NCBI RefSeq assembly: GCF_001194135.2
Contig: NC_068982.1
Span: 9,009,743 to 9,073,504, forward strand
From: Octopus bimaculoides
Taxonomy: Eukaryota
Reading direction: 5' to 3'
Length of the DNA: 63,762 nt
Shown here: in pieces, positions 26,711 through 39,559 of the stretch
Numbering within the stretch: position 1 is the first letter of the stretch
Layout: every line of letters starts with the position of its first letter
The notes under the pieces: generated by a model
What the model was told of the DNA's origin: nothing
The model's input: the letters and a program-made list of their open reading frames with translations, nothing else
Database searches by the model: none
Made by a program: the position numbers and the translations under genes

Positions 26711-28468
26711 CGGATATAATTTATATATATATATATATANNNNNNNNNNNNNNNNNNNNNNNNNNNNNNNNNNNNNNNNNNNNNNNNNNNNNNNNNNNNN
26801 NNNNNNNNNNNNNNNNNNNNNNNNNNNNNNNNNNNNNNNNNNNNNNNNNNNNNNNNNNNNNNNNNNNNNNNNNNNNNNNNNNNNNNNNNNNNNNNNNNNN
26901 NNNNNNNNNNNNNNNNNNNNNNNNNNNNNNNNNNNNNNNNNNNNNNNNNNNNNNNNNNNNNNNNNNNNNNNNNNNNNNNNNNNNNNNNNNNNNNNNNNNN
27001 NNNNNNNNNNNNNNNNNNNNNNNNNNNNNNNNNNNNNNNNNNNNNNNNNNNNNNNNNNNNNNNNNNNNNATATATATATATATATATATATATATACACG
27101 CACGCGCACACACCTGAACGCATACATACAAGCATATATTTCTACCGTCATCTGGAAACAAATACCTTTCTCTCGTGTTTTAGCTCCCACTACTACTTAT
27201 TATTTTTTTTTCATCTCAGGTTTTGTTGCAGCTCCTGCTACCATGCTGTCTGTTCTTTCCAACTACCTTTCCTGGTTATTCTGGCCATGCCAAGGAGGCA
27301 AACCTTTTGTAACAATTCTACTGGGCACTATACCGATTTCCTTTATATTCCTCTTGATAGAAAAAAAAAAGGAAAAACGAAAGTCGGAATACAGTGTCCA
27401 GTATAACTGAGTTTTTGTTTTTAATATGTAGGTGCAGACATGGCTATCCGGTAAGAAGCATGCTTCTCAACCGACTGATAATTATCCAAAGGCTGGCAAC
27501 TGCAGTTGTTAGTGAAAGGTAGAAGGTTTCGATGCTACAAATGTGGAAACACTAATCACCCCAGTCTTCTGCTCTCAACGACAATCGAAAATAATAGCTA
27601 CAAACAAAAAAAAAAAAAAAAAAAAGACCTTCTCTATTGCCAATATCACTATTGGCAACGCTACGAGTCCTTTTTTATTTAAACAAAGATACTTGTGGCT
27701 GAAGCTGTCTCGCAGTAAATTTGATGGAGTTGAGGTGATCTGCGTACCAGAATTTTTTCAACCATTTCATATATCCATTATACATATTTTCAGGAATTTT
27801 TGTTTAGTTGTAGAATCTAAATAACATCAGAAGAGTACTTATATCTTAGATAGCTTACTGGTTCTGAAGTGCCGTTTTCATCTGTGGTAGTGCTCGTATT
27901 TTCATTCATTATCGTGTTAGCAAAATTCCACACAGTATAGGATATAGTTTTTCAAAATCGTCTATGAATAATGTTGTTTCTATTATTTATAATTGGATAA
28001 ATAAAACGGTGACTGATGTAGAGTGGAGGAGTTGGCGTAAGTGAAGAAGAAAACGTTCAAAAAGTAATTGATGTTGACGGCGCCATTTGTATGTATATAT
28101 GTATGTGCATACGTATTTATATATGTATGTATGTGTGTGGGGGGGGACGTGTGTGTTTATGACAATTTCATTATTCATTTGGAAATCTTTAATAGAAATA
28201 TGACAACCAATCCACCGAATATATTAAAATATGCAAGACAAGTAAGATTCAACAAAATTAATTCTCAAACATAGGTCAAAGTGTGACAATTTTAAACAGG
28301 TCAATTGAAAATTCATAGTAGAGTTATACTGAATAATTATAGGATTTATAAGCATTTTTCACAGCATACTGAAACAATACGATTATACATCTGATGTACT
28401 GACAATAGTTGATTCAACATAACGGTAGATTTTATACATACATACATACATACATATATATATATATT

Positions 28469-28824
28469 TATTTTCTTTTATTTGTTTCAGTCATTTGACT
28501 GCGGCCATGCTGGAGCACGGCTTTTAGTCGAGCAAATCGACCCCAGAACTTATTCTTTGCAAGCCTAGTACTTATTCTATCGGTGTCTATTGTCGAACCC
28601 CCAGCATCGGTTGTCAATCCTTGTTGGCGGAACAAACACAAACACACACACATATATATACGACGTGCCTCTGTCAGTTTCCGTCCATCAAATCCACTCA
28701 CAAAGCTTTGGTCAGCCCGAGGCTATAGTAGAAGACCCTTGCCCACAGTGCGATGCAGTGAGACTGAACCCAGAACCATGTGGTTGGTAAGCAAGCTACT
28801 TACCACACAGACACTCCTCCGCCT
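28469..28824 (-). mobile_element. SINE family A, full length
   Basis: Head GGCGGAGGAGTGTCTGTGTGGTAAG...GGTTCAGTCTC (A/B-box-like), internal (TG/TA) tract, canonical tail. Confidence 0.92.
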
Positions 28825-29074
28825 ATAGGTTAATAAATCGTATGGTATAAACCTGGTAGTCTACCAATAAAGAAGCAAGTTCAGCTTCTCAGTGTTCGTT
28901 GGGTATTTGATTCATGAAAGAAATGGATGATGGAACACACGATAATGTTCATTGATCACTACATCTGTTTCGACCCATGTAGCATCGATCCTCCGTGCAT
29001 GTATCTCTCTCTCTCTCTCTCTCTCTCTCTTTATATATATATATATATATATATTATTATGATTGACCGTTGAC

Positions 29075-29257
29075 TGAACACTATTCAATTTTTTTTCTCT
29101 GTGCTTTTCTCCTTGTCTCCGTATTCTTTCTGTTGAAGAGCGTAGCTCGAAACGTCAAAGACTTTCCGTATTCCCGAGCGTCATACTAATATATACTTTT
29201 GTTATTTACACCACCTGTCCTCGTCTGTTGTTATTTTTTGTATATTCTCCCATATAC
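29075..29257 (+). repeat. Interspersed repeat (putative PLE terminal repeat) containing a hammerhead-like motif
   Basis: The segment GGGAGAAT...CAACAGACGAGGACAGGTGGTGT recurs at ~310-357 in the opposite orientation and partly at ~54530-54600. Confidence 0.6.
29125..29161 (+). ncRNA. Minimal type I hammerhead-ribozyme-like motif (variant core)
   Basis: Stem I TCTTT/AAAGA, core CTGTTGA plus an extra A, stem II GAGC-GTA-GCTC, GAA, palindromic ACGT, predicted cleavage after C29156. Confidence 0.55.
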
Positions 29258-29450
29258 TNNNNNNNNNNNNNNNNNNNNNNNNNNNNNNNNNNNNNNNNNN
29301 NNNNNNNNNNNNNNNNNNNNNNNNNNNNNNNNNNNNNNNNNNNNNNNNNNNNNNNNNNNNNNNNNNNNNNNNNNNNNNNNNNNNNNNNNNNNNNNNNNNN
29401 NNNNNNNNNNNNNNNNNNNNNNNNNNNNNNNNNNNNNNNNNNNNNNNNNN

Positions 29451-29483
<33 letters not shown>

Positions 29484-30020
29484 GAGAGAAAATTAAAGAT
29501 AAAAATAAGAAAGTAAAATATAATACACAAGTAACACGAATTGATGATAAGGCATGGTGGAAACAAACAAATGGATGTGTTCAGTGAGACGAAATAGAAA
29601 CACGAGAAAAATATGTACAATACCGAACTGATGCCGTCTTTTACAGATATAGATAGTTTTTGTGTCATCGAATGAAGCCGTGCCTCTGGCTTAGTGCGGT
29701 GACAACACAATCTCGCTGAACGAAAAGAAATTCCCATTTATTGCAGAGTACACTGAACCGATATCTTTTGTCCTACTTTCAAGCAACACCATCCTCTTTT
29801 CTTGGCTATCTTCCTACGCGACTTCAAAAATGTTGAAACTTACTATCTTTTCCCCATTCTGGTCTGGTCTTCTAATAAAGTCTGTGACTGGAACGTTCGC
29901 TTCTGTATCCTTTATAAATGTAAACAACATATAACTTAGATAGATGAAACAGTATGTTGTCTGTCCTGCAGAAAAAAAAAATATCTAAACCTTTCTCTTA
30001 AATAATCCTTTCTAATATAA

Positions 30021-30222
30021 GCATAAGGCCGGAATTTTTTGGGGAGGAGGGGCCAGTCGATAAGATCTACCTCAATATGAAACTGGTACTCAATTTATCG
30101 ACCCCGAAAGGATGAAAGACAAAGCCAACCCCAGCGGAATTTGAACTCACAACGTACAGACGGTCGAAATACCGCTAAGCATTTCGTCCAGCCTGCTAAC
30201 GATTCTGCCAGCACAGCGCCTT
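30021..30222 (-). mobile_element. SINE family B, tail type 1
   Basis: Revcomp of head, core and ...GGCCTTATGCTT tail. Confidence 0.85.
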
Positions 30223-30479
30223 ACTCTGTCTCTTGAATAATAAAAGATGTATTAGGTAATACATCTTTTGTTGTTATAATAAATCAGTGGCATAGTCACA
30301 ACTTATTTTTTTTCATTCGCTTGGCCTCATCTGACCTTAGGACATATGGCAACCACACGATACTCTTCTGCTCTTATCTCCAATTCTGAATCCTTTGTTC
30401 CATGTGTATATGCAGACGATAACTCAATACGGTTATGTCTAAGCATAACGATTGAGGTAGCGATGAATATCTTTTAACT

Positions 30480-30785
30480 CTTGTTCTTTTCTCAGTCATT
30501 AGACTGGGGTCAGGGTGTGGGATTTCTTCAAAGAATTTTTCGCGGAATGAATCGATCCCAGTACTTATTATTTTCATGTATGGTCCTTATTCTATTCACC
30601 CTTTTAACTAAACCGTGCTGGTGGACAGACACAAACACACACACAAATGTGTATTTCCGTCTACTAAATCCACTTTTAAGGCCCGAAGCTACAGTAGAAG
30701 ACACTTGCCCAAGCTGCTGCACAGTCAGACTTAGCCCGGAGCCATGTAGTTGAGAAGCAAGTTTCGAACCATACGACCAAGATTG
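30480..30785 (-). mobile_element. SINE family A, diverged
   Basis: Collinear with 28469-28824. Confidence 0.75.
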
Positions 30786-31275
30786 CGATATATTTAGGAT
30801 ATATAATAAAATACAAAGCATGAAAATTGCACTACTATATTAAGTCTGACGCTAGTAATATTTTTGAAGAGGATGGCATTTCTGAGTTCTTTATTCCCTA
30901 AATAGACCTATATTTCTTCAAGCTGCGCACACCCTTACATGCTTTTACATTAAGTCTATTAATTTCTCTTCACTAATTTGGAATGTGGGGAGAAATAAAT
31001 TTCGCGGTCGAAGTCATATTAAACATGCTTCAATTATTTCAATAGAGACTAAATAATTAACATTATTTCAATAGAGATTAAATAATTATAATGCAGTGTT
31101 CTTTTTTATTTTGAAAGCTACATATTTAGGGAACGCTTTCTCTTTATCGACACTGGAGCGCTAGAAGCCAAGTTCGACTTCAGTGTGATTCCAACATAGA
31201 ACGTAAAGTATTGTAGATAAATAGCAGAATGTTAGTCAATGTTCAATATTATTTATTGTTTTTTTTTTTTTTACT

Positions 31276-31512
31276 AAGACGGCGAGCTGGCAGAATCGCT
31301 AGCACGCTGGACATAATGCTTGGCGGTATTTCACTCATCGCTACAGTCTGAGTTCAAATTCTGCCGAAGTCGACTTTGCCTTTCATCATTTCGGGGTCGA
31401 TTAAATAAGTACCAGTTAAGCACTGGGGTCGATATAATCGACTTAATCCCTTTGTCTGTACTTGTTCGTCCCCTCTATGTATAGTCCGCTGTGGGCAATA
31501 AAGAAATAAATA
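31276..31512 (+). mobile_element. SINE family B, tail type 2
   Basis: Head and core, then TAATCCCTTTGTCTGTACTTGTTCGTCCCCTCTATG...GTGGGCAATAAAGAAATAA. Confidence 0.9.
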
Positions 31513-31534
31513 TTATTAATAGTTTTTTTTTTCT

Positions 31535-31679
31535 AAGGCGGTTAGCAAGCAAAATCGTTAGCACGCTGGACGAAATGCTTAGGGGTACTTCGCTTGTCGC
31601 TACATTCTTAGTTCAAATTCCGCCGAGGTCGTCCTTGCCTTTCATCCTTTCGGGGTCTTTAAAATAAGTACCAGTTAAA
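31535..31679 (+). mobile_element. SINE family B, cut by an assembly gap
   Basis: Head and core up to AAGTACCAGTTAA, then N. Confidence 0.85.
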
Positions 31680-31956
31680 NNNNNNNNNNACGTTTGGCGC
31701 ATTATTTCTAACTAGCTTTTTGCAAACTCCCTAAATTAAATAAGCGTTTACTAAACAAGTACTATTTTATATTCCGCCTAATCGAATTTACTTGGGCTGA
31801 AAGATGGAAAACTTCTTTCACTCAAACAGCAGAGTATTATTTCACTAGTATGCAAAAGCTAGGCCCTTTATGAAAGACCAGGCATAGACTTAACTGCATA
31901 TAAATACATTGCTGTTTTAGGGTGTGGGTTGTTTTAGGATATATGATAGTGGCTAT

Positions 31957-31992
<36 letters not shown>

Positions 31993-32029
31993 GTGTATAT
32001 ATATATGGCATGTATATATGTAAATATAT

Positions 32030-32395
32030 TCATTTGTTTCAGTCTTTTGATTGCGGCCATGTTGGAGCAGCACCTTAAAGGGTTTTTAGTCGAACAAATT
32101 GACCCCAGTAATTCTTTGTTACTCTAGTACTTATTCCGTCGGACCTTTGAGACGTACCGCTAAGTTAGATGTAAACATAACATCGATTGTCAAGCGATGG
32201 CGGGGGAGGGGAGAAAACACAAACATAAAGACAACACACACATACATATATATACGACGGGCTTCATTCAGTTTCCATCTACCAAACCCACCTACAAGGC
32301 TTTGGTCGGCCCGAAGCTTATAGCAGAAAACGCCACGCAGTAGGATTGAATCCGGAACAATGTGGTTGTGAAGCAAGCTTGTTATCACAGCCACA
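32030..32395 (-). mobile_element. SINE family A
   Basis: Collinear with 28469-28824. Confidence 0.85.
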
Positions 32396-32421
32396 CGTAT
32401 ACACACACACACACACACACA

Positions 32422-32451
<30 letters not shown>

Positions 32452-32453
<2 letters not shown>

Positions 32454-33012
32454 GGGCTATTCAAGAAGAATGAACCGATTTCATTACACAATATTTTAAT
32501 TTTAAAAAAGCAATAGAAAACTCCAGCTAAGCCACAAGTATTTACTCACAATCGGTTTTCGTTTCCTGTCTTACAAGTGTCCAATGTGGCCACCACCTGT
32601 AGCACAGGGAACTTCAATGCGATTAGAGAAATCTTCTCAGACGCGTATCAGCATATCATAACCCACTGAGTCGATCGTTGTTGTTATTCGATGTTGAAGG
32701 TCATCGAGGTTAGTGGGTAGCGGTGGAACATAAACGCGATCTTTTACATAACCTCACAAGAAAAAAAAAATCACACATGGTGGATCACACACTCAGTGAA
32801 TCGCAATATGCCGATACGCGTCTGTGAGGAATTCTCTTATCGCATTGATGTTCCCCGTGTTACAGGGGGTGGCCACATTGAACACTAGCAAGATAGGAAA
32901 TAAAAGTTGATTGTAAGTAAATACTTGTGACTTAGCTGGAGCTTTTTTTTCTTGCTCTTCCGTATTAAAATATTGCGTAATGAAATCGGTTTATTCTTTC
33001 TGAATAACCCTG
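32452..33012. mobile_element. Foldback mariner derivative with ~220-bp inverted arms
   Basis: Left arm 32452-~32670 is the reverse complement of ~32795-33012. Each arm carries a transposase C-terminus like ATGGGHIGHL* plus the TIR. Confidence 0.85.
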
Positions 33013-33048
<36 letters not shown>

Positions 33049-36000
33049 CACGTATGTAGGAACACATATATGCATTTATAAAAAAGCTTGATTTCCAACC
33101 ACATGTGAGTGTGTGTGTGGTGCTGATGCACATTTATACTAGAGAGAGAACGAGTATTGTGCTGTTGGTTTTGTGTGTTACATATTCCATATACAAGGAT
33201 GCTAGAAAATGCGGATAGGATTATTTATAGAAACGCTTAAGCTCAGTTCACCTCCAAGAATGCCAGGAGCATCATCAACTCCGTCACCACCCCCTTTACC
33301 TTCATCACAATCATCATCCTCATCACTTCTTTCTGAAACGGAGTCATTCATAAACACATACGCACAGATAATTACGTTATAAAATATATTGGCTTTGAGT
33401 AAAGAATAATTGTAGATACAGAAACTAAAAGGAACGAAAGAAAATTAGTAAAATTCGGTAATCGTTATTGTAATTAGTGATTACTTGGAGAAGACTGAAT
33501 GATAGAAATCATTGTTAATGAGCATCAGTTTCGTTTTCACCTGATAATCTTTGTAGATTTTTAATCATTGTTTCTTAGCCAACATTTTATTCAATTTTAG
33601 CCTCTTTATTTTTCTTACCCCTACGTCCCATTTTCTCTCAATATCATTATTCTTAAGAATTTGTTGTTTATCTTTTAACAACTTTCGGACTCATTGCTCA
33701 CGCTCAGACTTGTTTGATCTTTTGCAATTATGTTACACAAGAAACCATATCTATAGATAAATATCTAAAATAAATATATACTAAATACGTGGGGGAGTAT
33801 TCCAAAGTAAAGTATATCAAGTAACTTCATTATTTCTATTTCAGTAAAATGAAATTTCTTTTTCTTCCTTCATCAACATAATCCCAATTTCCCCATGAAT
33901 ATTCTGACAGGTGAATGGCGGTGTAGTCTTGTACATTTTATGAATTTAATGCATGCGTTTATCTTAAACGCTATTTGATGATTTTCTCCCACTGCCTTTC
34001 AGAAATGTCTAAAAATCATAGTTATTCTTGAGTCTTCTCCCTCAATGCCCAAAGCAATATTAATCGATGAGGAAAAACAGTGTAATAATAATAATAAACC
34101 GCTAATTGTTGGTGAAAAAAAACTTGAATCCAATTTTGACCTCTATTGAGAATTACTCAAGATATACAAGTGCTGACCTTGTCAAAATAAAGTTGTTGAA
34201 CTGAAGTACAATTGTCCGAAGAAAATCAATTTTCCAGCAGTTCCTCTTTTGATCTTTTCATTTAATTTTTCTGTTCGTACCTGCTGGTAGTTGAGACACT
34301 TGACAGCTCTCACTCGATATGTCTTATTTACCATTGGTGGAATTTAGTAGAAACAAATCGGTAAATTATCCTTGGTTATGAGATAACTTCATTTTCTAAC
34401 GGTTCTAAGGAAAGTCTTTGAATTGCAGGTTAATTTACCTTTTGTAGTAAATGAATTTTTCTAATCGAATGACACAATCATTACTCCCATTTACTGACAA
34501 TATCAACATTAGTTTCCAACCAGTGGAGAACATTTCTGTCCAAACATCATTAAGAATATTCAGCTATAGTATCACTTTGCTTGTTGAAACCTCTTCACTT
34601 CATTTACGTCACTAGTAATTTCTCGAACAAAAATTAAATAAAAAATAAAGGAAGTCACAATAAACTTACTTGTGAATAAGTTTAGTGGATTAACGTTGAT
34701 CCTTTAAATAGGAAGAATGTATTACATTAACAGACAGAGAAGGAAATTATGCTTAAAGGAATTGGACATACAGAAGGAGGTAGGAATGTTTCATTTTTTC
34801 TGTTTGATATCTCTCATATCTAATATCAGTAACATCTACAGACATCTCCCCCACAGTGTACCTCATACGTTCCTAAATGATACACATTTACTTGGAGTTT
34901 GTCATACCTGCAACTCATTAAACACATGCTAATTAATAGGACTCCACTATTTGTAGCATTGAAGTGTTCTTCGTTGTGATGATGAAGTGGGTTTAGTGTC
35001 TTTTGGGAATAAAATATTTTTGCCATGGAACCACGACAAAAAAAAAACAAACTACATTAGAATAAAAGAATCATCGGCATTTCGTTTTGAAATCCTAACA
35101 GCTAAATGACGGTTAATATTCATGAGGAAAATAACTATAGAAAGGGATTAAAACTATACAGGAATCCTTACAGATTAAGTGCTAAATTTGGACATGTTAC
35201 CAAATCGTTTACGAGTAATGTGGAAACTTCCATATTTATGGCGTTATTTCATATTTTCTTCTTTTTTTAAATATCTACTAGTCGAAAGATGTTTTTAAAA
35301 AAATATGTATATATGAGCTTGTTATTAATGTAAATTGAATTATAAACAAAACATACATTACGTATTTATGTATATATAATTTCATATACACGCATATATT
35401 TTTTTGTTGTTATTAATATTGAAAATTTATGAAGATAATATATATATTCATCTTTTTCTGAATATTGTTTTAATGTAAAAGAAAAAGAATCCATATCTAT
35501 GGTTTCAAACATTTTTCTCTTTTTTTTTTAATAATGGTTGTATAATCAAAATAACTAGACCCAAGAAAAGGGCAATGAAATTACATTTGTTGTTGGTTTG
35601 CAAGGTTTGATTTAAATTTTTCCTTTTTACTTTCTTCATCTTACACACAAATATATTATAATATATTTCTTTTGTGTGGTATGTGTTGCTTTATATTAAA
35701 ATGGAAAAGAAATGAAAATAAAAATAAATGCAGAATATTTGTTTGTTAAATCATATTCAATAAAAGTTATCAAAACATATAAAGAAATGTTGGATATTGT
35801 GGTGTGGAAATACGATCATAAACAGAGCTCATAAATCGAAACTACTTCATCTATATCACTGATGCCTCCGGCAAAACATCATATGAACAATTCCTGTTAC
35901 ACTTCTTATAGAAAGATAAATTTGAATCATCCCGCCTTCTTCAGATATATTTATATTTAACAATCTTTTTGATCTTGAAAGATATGACTGTTATTTTTTT

Positions 36001-36126
36001 TAATAATTGTAATAAAATATTTTATCGTCTTACTTTTTTACGCCTACGTAAGTACGTGAAAACATACAGTTAACAAACACATACACTCATATCTGTATAC
36101 ATACAAATGCATAGACACACACACAC

Positions 36127-36170
<44 letters not shown>

Positions 36171-36964
36171 CAGTATTTCATACTTAACACTCCTGTTTTA
36201 TGCTACTTCATTTATTTTTGTGTCTTATTTTCAAATAAATATTGAAGATGTTTATTGTGATATGGTGTGTCTGCTTAATATTGTGTTACTTGTTATGTTT
36301 TCAAAAGCGTCGTATAAACCATTTAAAATATTTTAAATATTAATTGAAAAGTTATTCGTAAAAAATTGGCTGAGGAATATCAGAAGTAGAATCGATTTAA
36401 AAAATTCCAAATAACAGTGTTTTAGTAATTTGCCTTAATAATTCCATTTTATGTTAATATTTGTATAGCATATTTGTTATGAGTGCGGAGGTTAATGTGA
36501 ACTTATGTTCATCAAAGGAAATAGTAATTCGAGTTCGTTTGATATATTAATTGTATTGGCTATAAGCAGAGGAATGTGTACAGCGCCTTGTATATGACAA
36601 TTTATATTGTAGTAGCTATATCACAAAATGATTAATCTTTTCCCTCCCGCCTATGGTCAGAGTTAATGCGTCTGTTACTTTGTAGTTTTACAAATGACGT
36701 AATTTAGAAGTAATATAACTATAAATAGAGTGGTTCATTTTTTTTTATATTCCTGGTTCATAAACAGCGCTAATGGGATATTTTCTCAAACGCAATGCCA
36801 GTGGGCACTTAAATTAATGTCATTTAATGATGATGTCAGAACAAGTGATTATATAGCTACAGATGTATTTTCATAGCTTATTAATTATGACACCAAATTT
36901 ACGAATGAATAATTAAGTCTGTACATGTGTATCTTTATGTTTGTGTTTTATCTTCTATCAAGTA

Positions 36965-37290
36965 AGCGGGCGAGCTAGCAGAATATTTACTGAATCGGAC
37001 AAGAAGATTCGCGGCATTTCGTCCGGATTTTATTTCAATTCGTTCTGTGTTTAAAATCCGCTGAAGTCAATTTTACCTTCAGATGGAGAGCTGGCAAAAT
37101 CGCCAGCACGCTGGGAAAACGATTAGCGCCATTTTATACGTCTTTACGTTTAATGAGTTCAAATTCCGCTGAGGTCGACTTTGCTATCCATCCTTTCGGG
37201 GTCGATAAATAAGTACCAGTTATCACTGGAGTCAATGTAATCGACTTACACCTACCCACTCGAAATTACTGGCCTGCCAATATTTGAAAA
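36965..37290 (+). mobile_element. Two adjacent SINE family B copies (first partial)
   Basis: Heads at ~36966 and ~37082, core at 37150-37250. Confidence 0.8.
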
Positions 37291-38404
37291 CATTATCTGC
37301 AAACAAGTGAAAGAGCAAAGATAAATAACCACAGCAAATACATTGGAATACAGCTAGTTGGAAAATCCCTACCTCTAATAAGATAATTCACTAATATGTA
37401 AGAAGTAATCTCTAAAAGTAAAGAAACTAGATTTGAGAATCGGTAGAGTGACGGTCAACATTCATTACAATATTTCATTCCGTCCTCTATTCTATGTATT
37501 TAAATTCATTTGGACTTCAAAGTGGAGTCGAATATATATTTAATCCTATAATAATTGCTGAAAAGTGCACAAGTGGTTAGAGTAATGTATTTGAATGCGT
37601 ATAATCCGTACAAGAGTTGAGCTTGTGCCTGGACAAAATGCCCCGGTTTACAAAACTTGAAGTGTGTAACGTTCAGGAAATTAAAACAGAAAGCAAATAT
37701 CAATTGAAATTGTGATACTATTCCCTATTGAACAATACGGTATTTTATATATTTTAAAATCATCTACTCATATAAGGTCGTCTTATATATATTTGCGCAC
37801 GTGTGTGTGTTTGTCATGTGTATACTGTGTTTATAGATACGTGCACACAAACGCACACATATATTACCATGAAGCTAAAAGTTTAAAAATACTTTTCATG
37901 CATCTGTAACAATACAAATGCAATAAAACATAATTACAAAGCTATCTGTAGCTCAAAGACACACAGAGGGCGTCGAAATCATGCATCAGGTAGAACTTTA
38001 AACAAGGGGTATATTCTGCATGTTTCTATAGTTCTTGAAATATTCTTCTGGCAAAAACAAAAAATACAAACAAAAAGCGAAAAAAAAAAAAAAAAAGATA
38101 GCTCTGACCTTCTTCGAAAGCCCATTCCTCACATTCTTTTGTGGTTTAAAGACCCAAAATATAATACCGAATACACGTCTGTATTCAGCATAGTCGCACT
38201 TACAGCTATAAAATAGTCGCAAATACCAGATAATATCAATGGACAGAATTCTATATTTTCGATCTCACATAAGTTTGTCTGGGCGAAGTAATTACATACC
38301 ACATAAAAAGTTAAAGCAAAAAGAGTACGTATATTAAGTTCCACTCTATCATTACAGAAAACAATTACGGAAACAGGAGCAACACAATATTACCGAATTA
38401 TATA

Positions 38405-38455
<51 letters not shown>

Positions 38456-38519
38456 GCATATATATATACATGCATATATATATGCATAAGGGTATACACA
38501 CCCATAAGCAAACACAAAC

Positions 38520-38700
38520 TATTGAAGAAGACAAACGCTGAAGATTATTTGCTGCTTCGTTATCTTAGCAATCAAGTAGCTCCACAGTCCGCCATGTTTA
38601 AATCGTGACGAATTGACGAACTTAGCGTCTCCTCACGCAAGGACACTGCAAATAGCTCTCGGCGTGGTTTTCAGTCAATCAAATTAAATAAATTCTCTAG
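38520..38700 (-). promoter_or_regulatory. Possible promoter/TSS region with a YY1-type motif
   Basis: TCCGCCATGTTT at 38588-38599 (AAACATGGCGGA on -) within a locally CpG-rich patch that matches none of the repeats recognised here. Confidence 0.3.
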
Positions 38701-39559
38701 CTTATGGTATTGAGTGCTACATTTTGATACTTGTAATCACACACCACACACACACATTTATATATATCTGTATCTTCTGAAACCATGGAAATGTTCGCAT
38801 GCACTATTATTTAATTTTGAACAAACATGAAAAGATTGAAATGTTCTTTATGTTACTTAATCAATTTCTTCTTGTGTGTAATGTAATTGAAATAATGGTT
38901 CCTAGATAACCTGTGCTCGTCATGTATACATGCCGACGCTTACAATTAAGTCTCTAGATCTCAAACGCACAGGTAGTAAAGGAAATCTTTGTTAGGTTAT
39001 ACAATTCATATTTGTTTAATTGTTAAAATTATACAAAATTTCTCAGGTCAATACTGTCATTTCTATGATTTTTTTCTTTTACAGAGCGATAAAAATCGTA
39101 CTTCATAAATGAAGAAATAATTCACAGAATATTTGGATTGTTTCACTCATTGAAATCAATTAAAACCGCACAGTAATGGAAAATATAAATGTAACTCTCT
39201 TTCAATTCAGGCATAAAGTATATATACATACTTTAATTCCGAGAGAATAAAATTTATTATTTGCTGTCGTCTAATAGACTATCACGACATTTTTTTCTTT
39301 CTTGGCCTCGATCATATTGTTCATAAACTTTCTTCTTTATGTTAACTGTAAAAATTTATTTGTAAACCAAGATTTTCCCCTCAAAATTAAAACCCAAGAG
39401 TGTATTTATTTTCATTTCATGTATTTGTTTTTTTTTCTTTTGTGAAACTATGTTCGTACAATTATAAAAAAATGTAAATATACAACACCTGTATGCATGT
39501 GTCCATGCAAGACGTAAATAAAAGTATATTAACATTTCAAAGTCGTTTTGTATTATATC

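Noticed and set aside
31276-31380. tRNA-like A/B-box heads as tRNA genes
   Set aside because: They do not complete a cloverleaf and continue into SINE cores, so they are SINE heads.
39061-39130. Plus-strand splice-acceptor-like TTTTTCTTTTACAG|AG
   Set aside because: All three frames stop within 10 codons, no convincing donor follows, and such tracts are common in AT-rich DNA.
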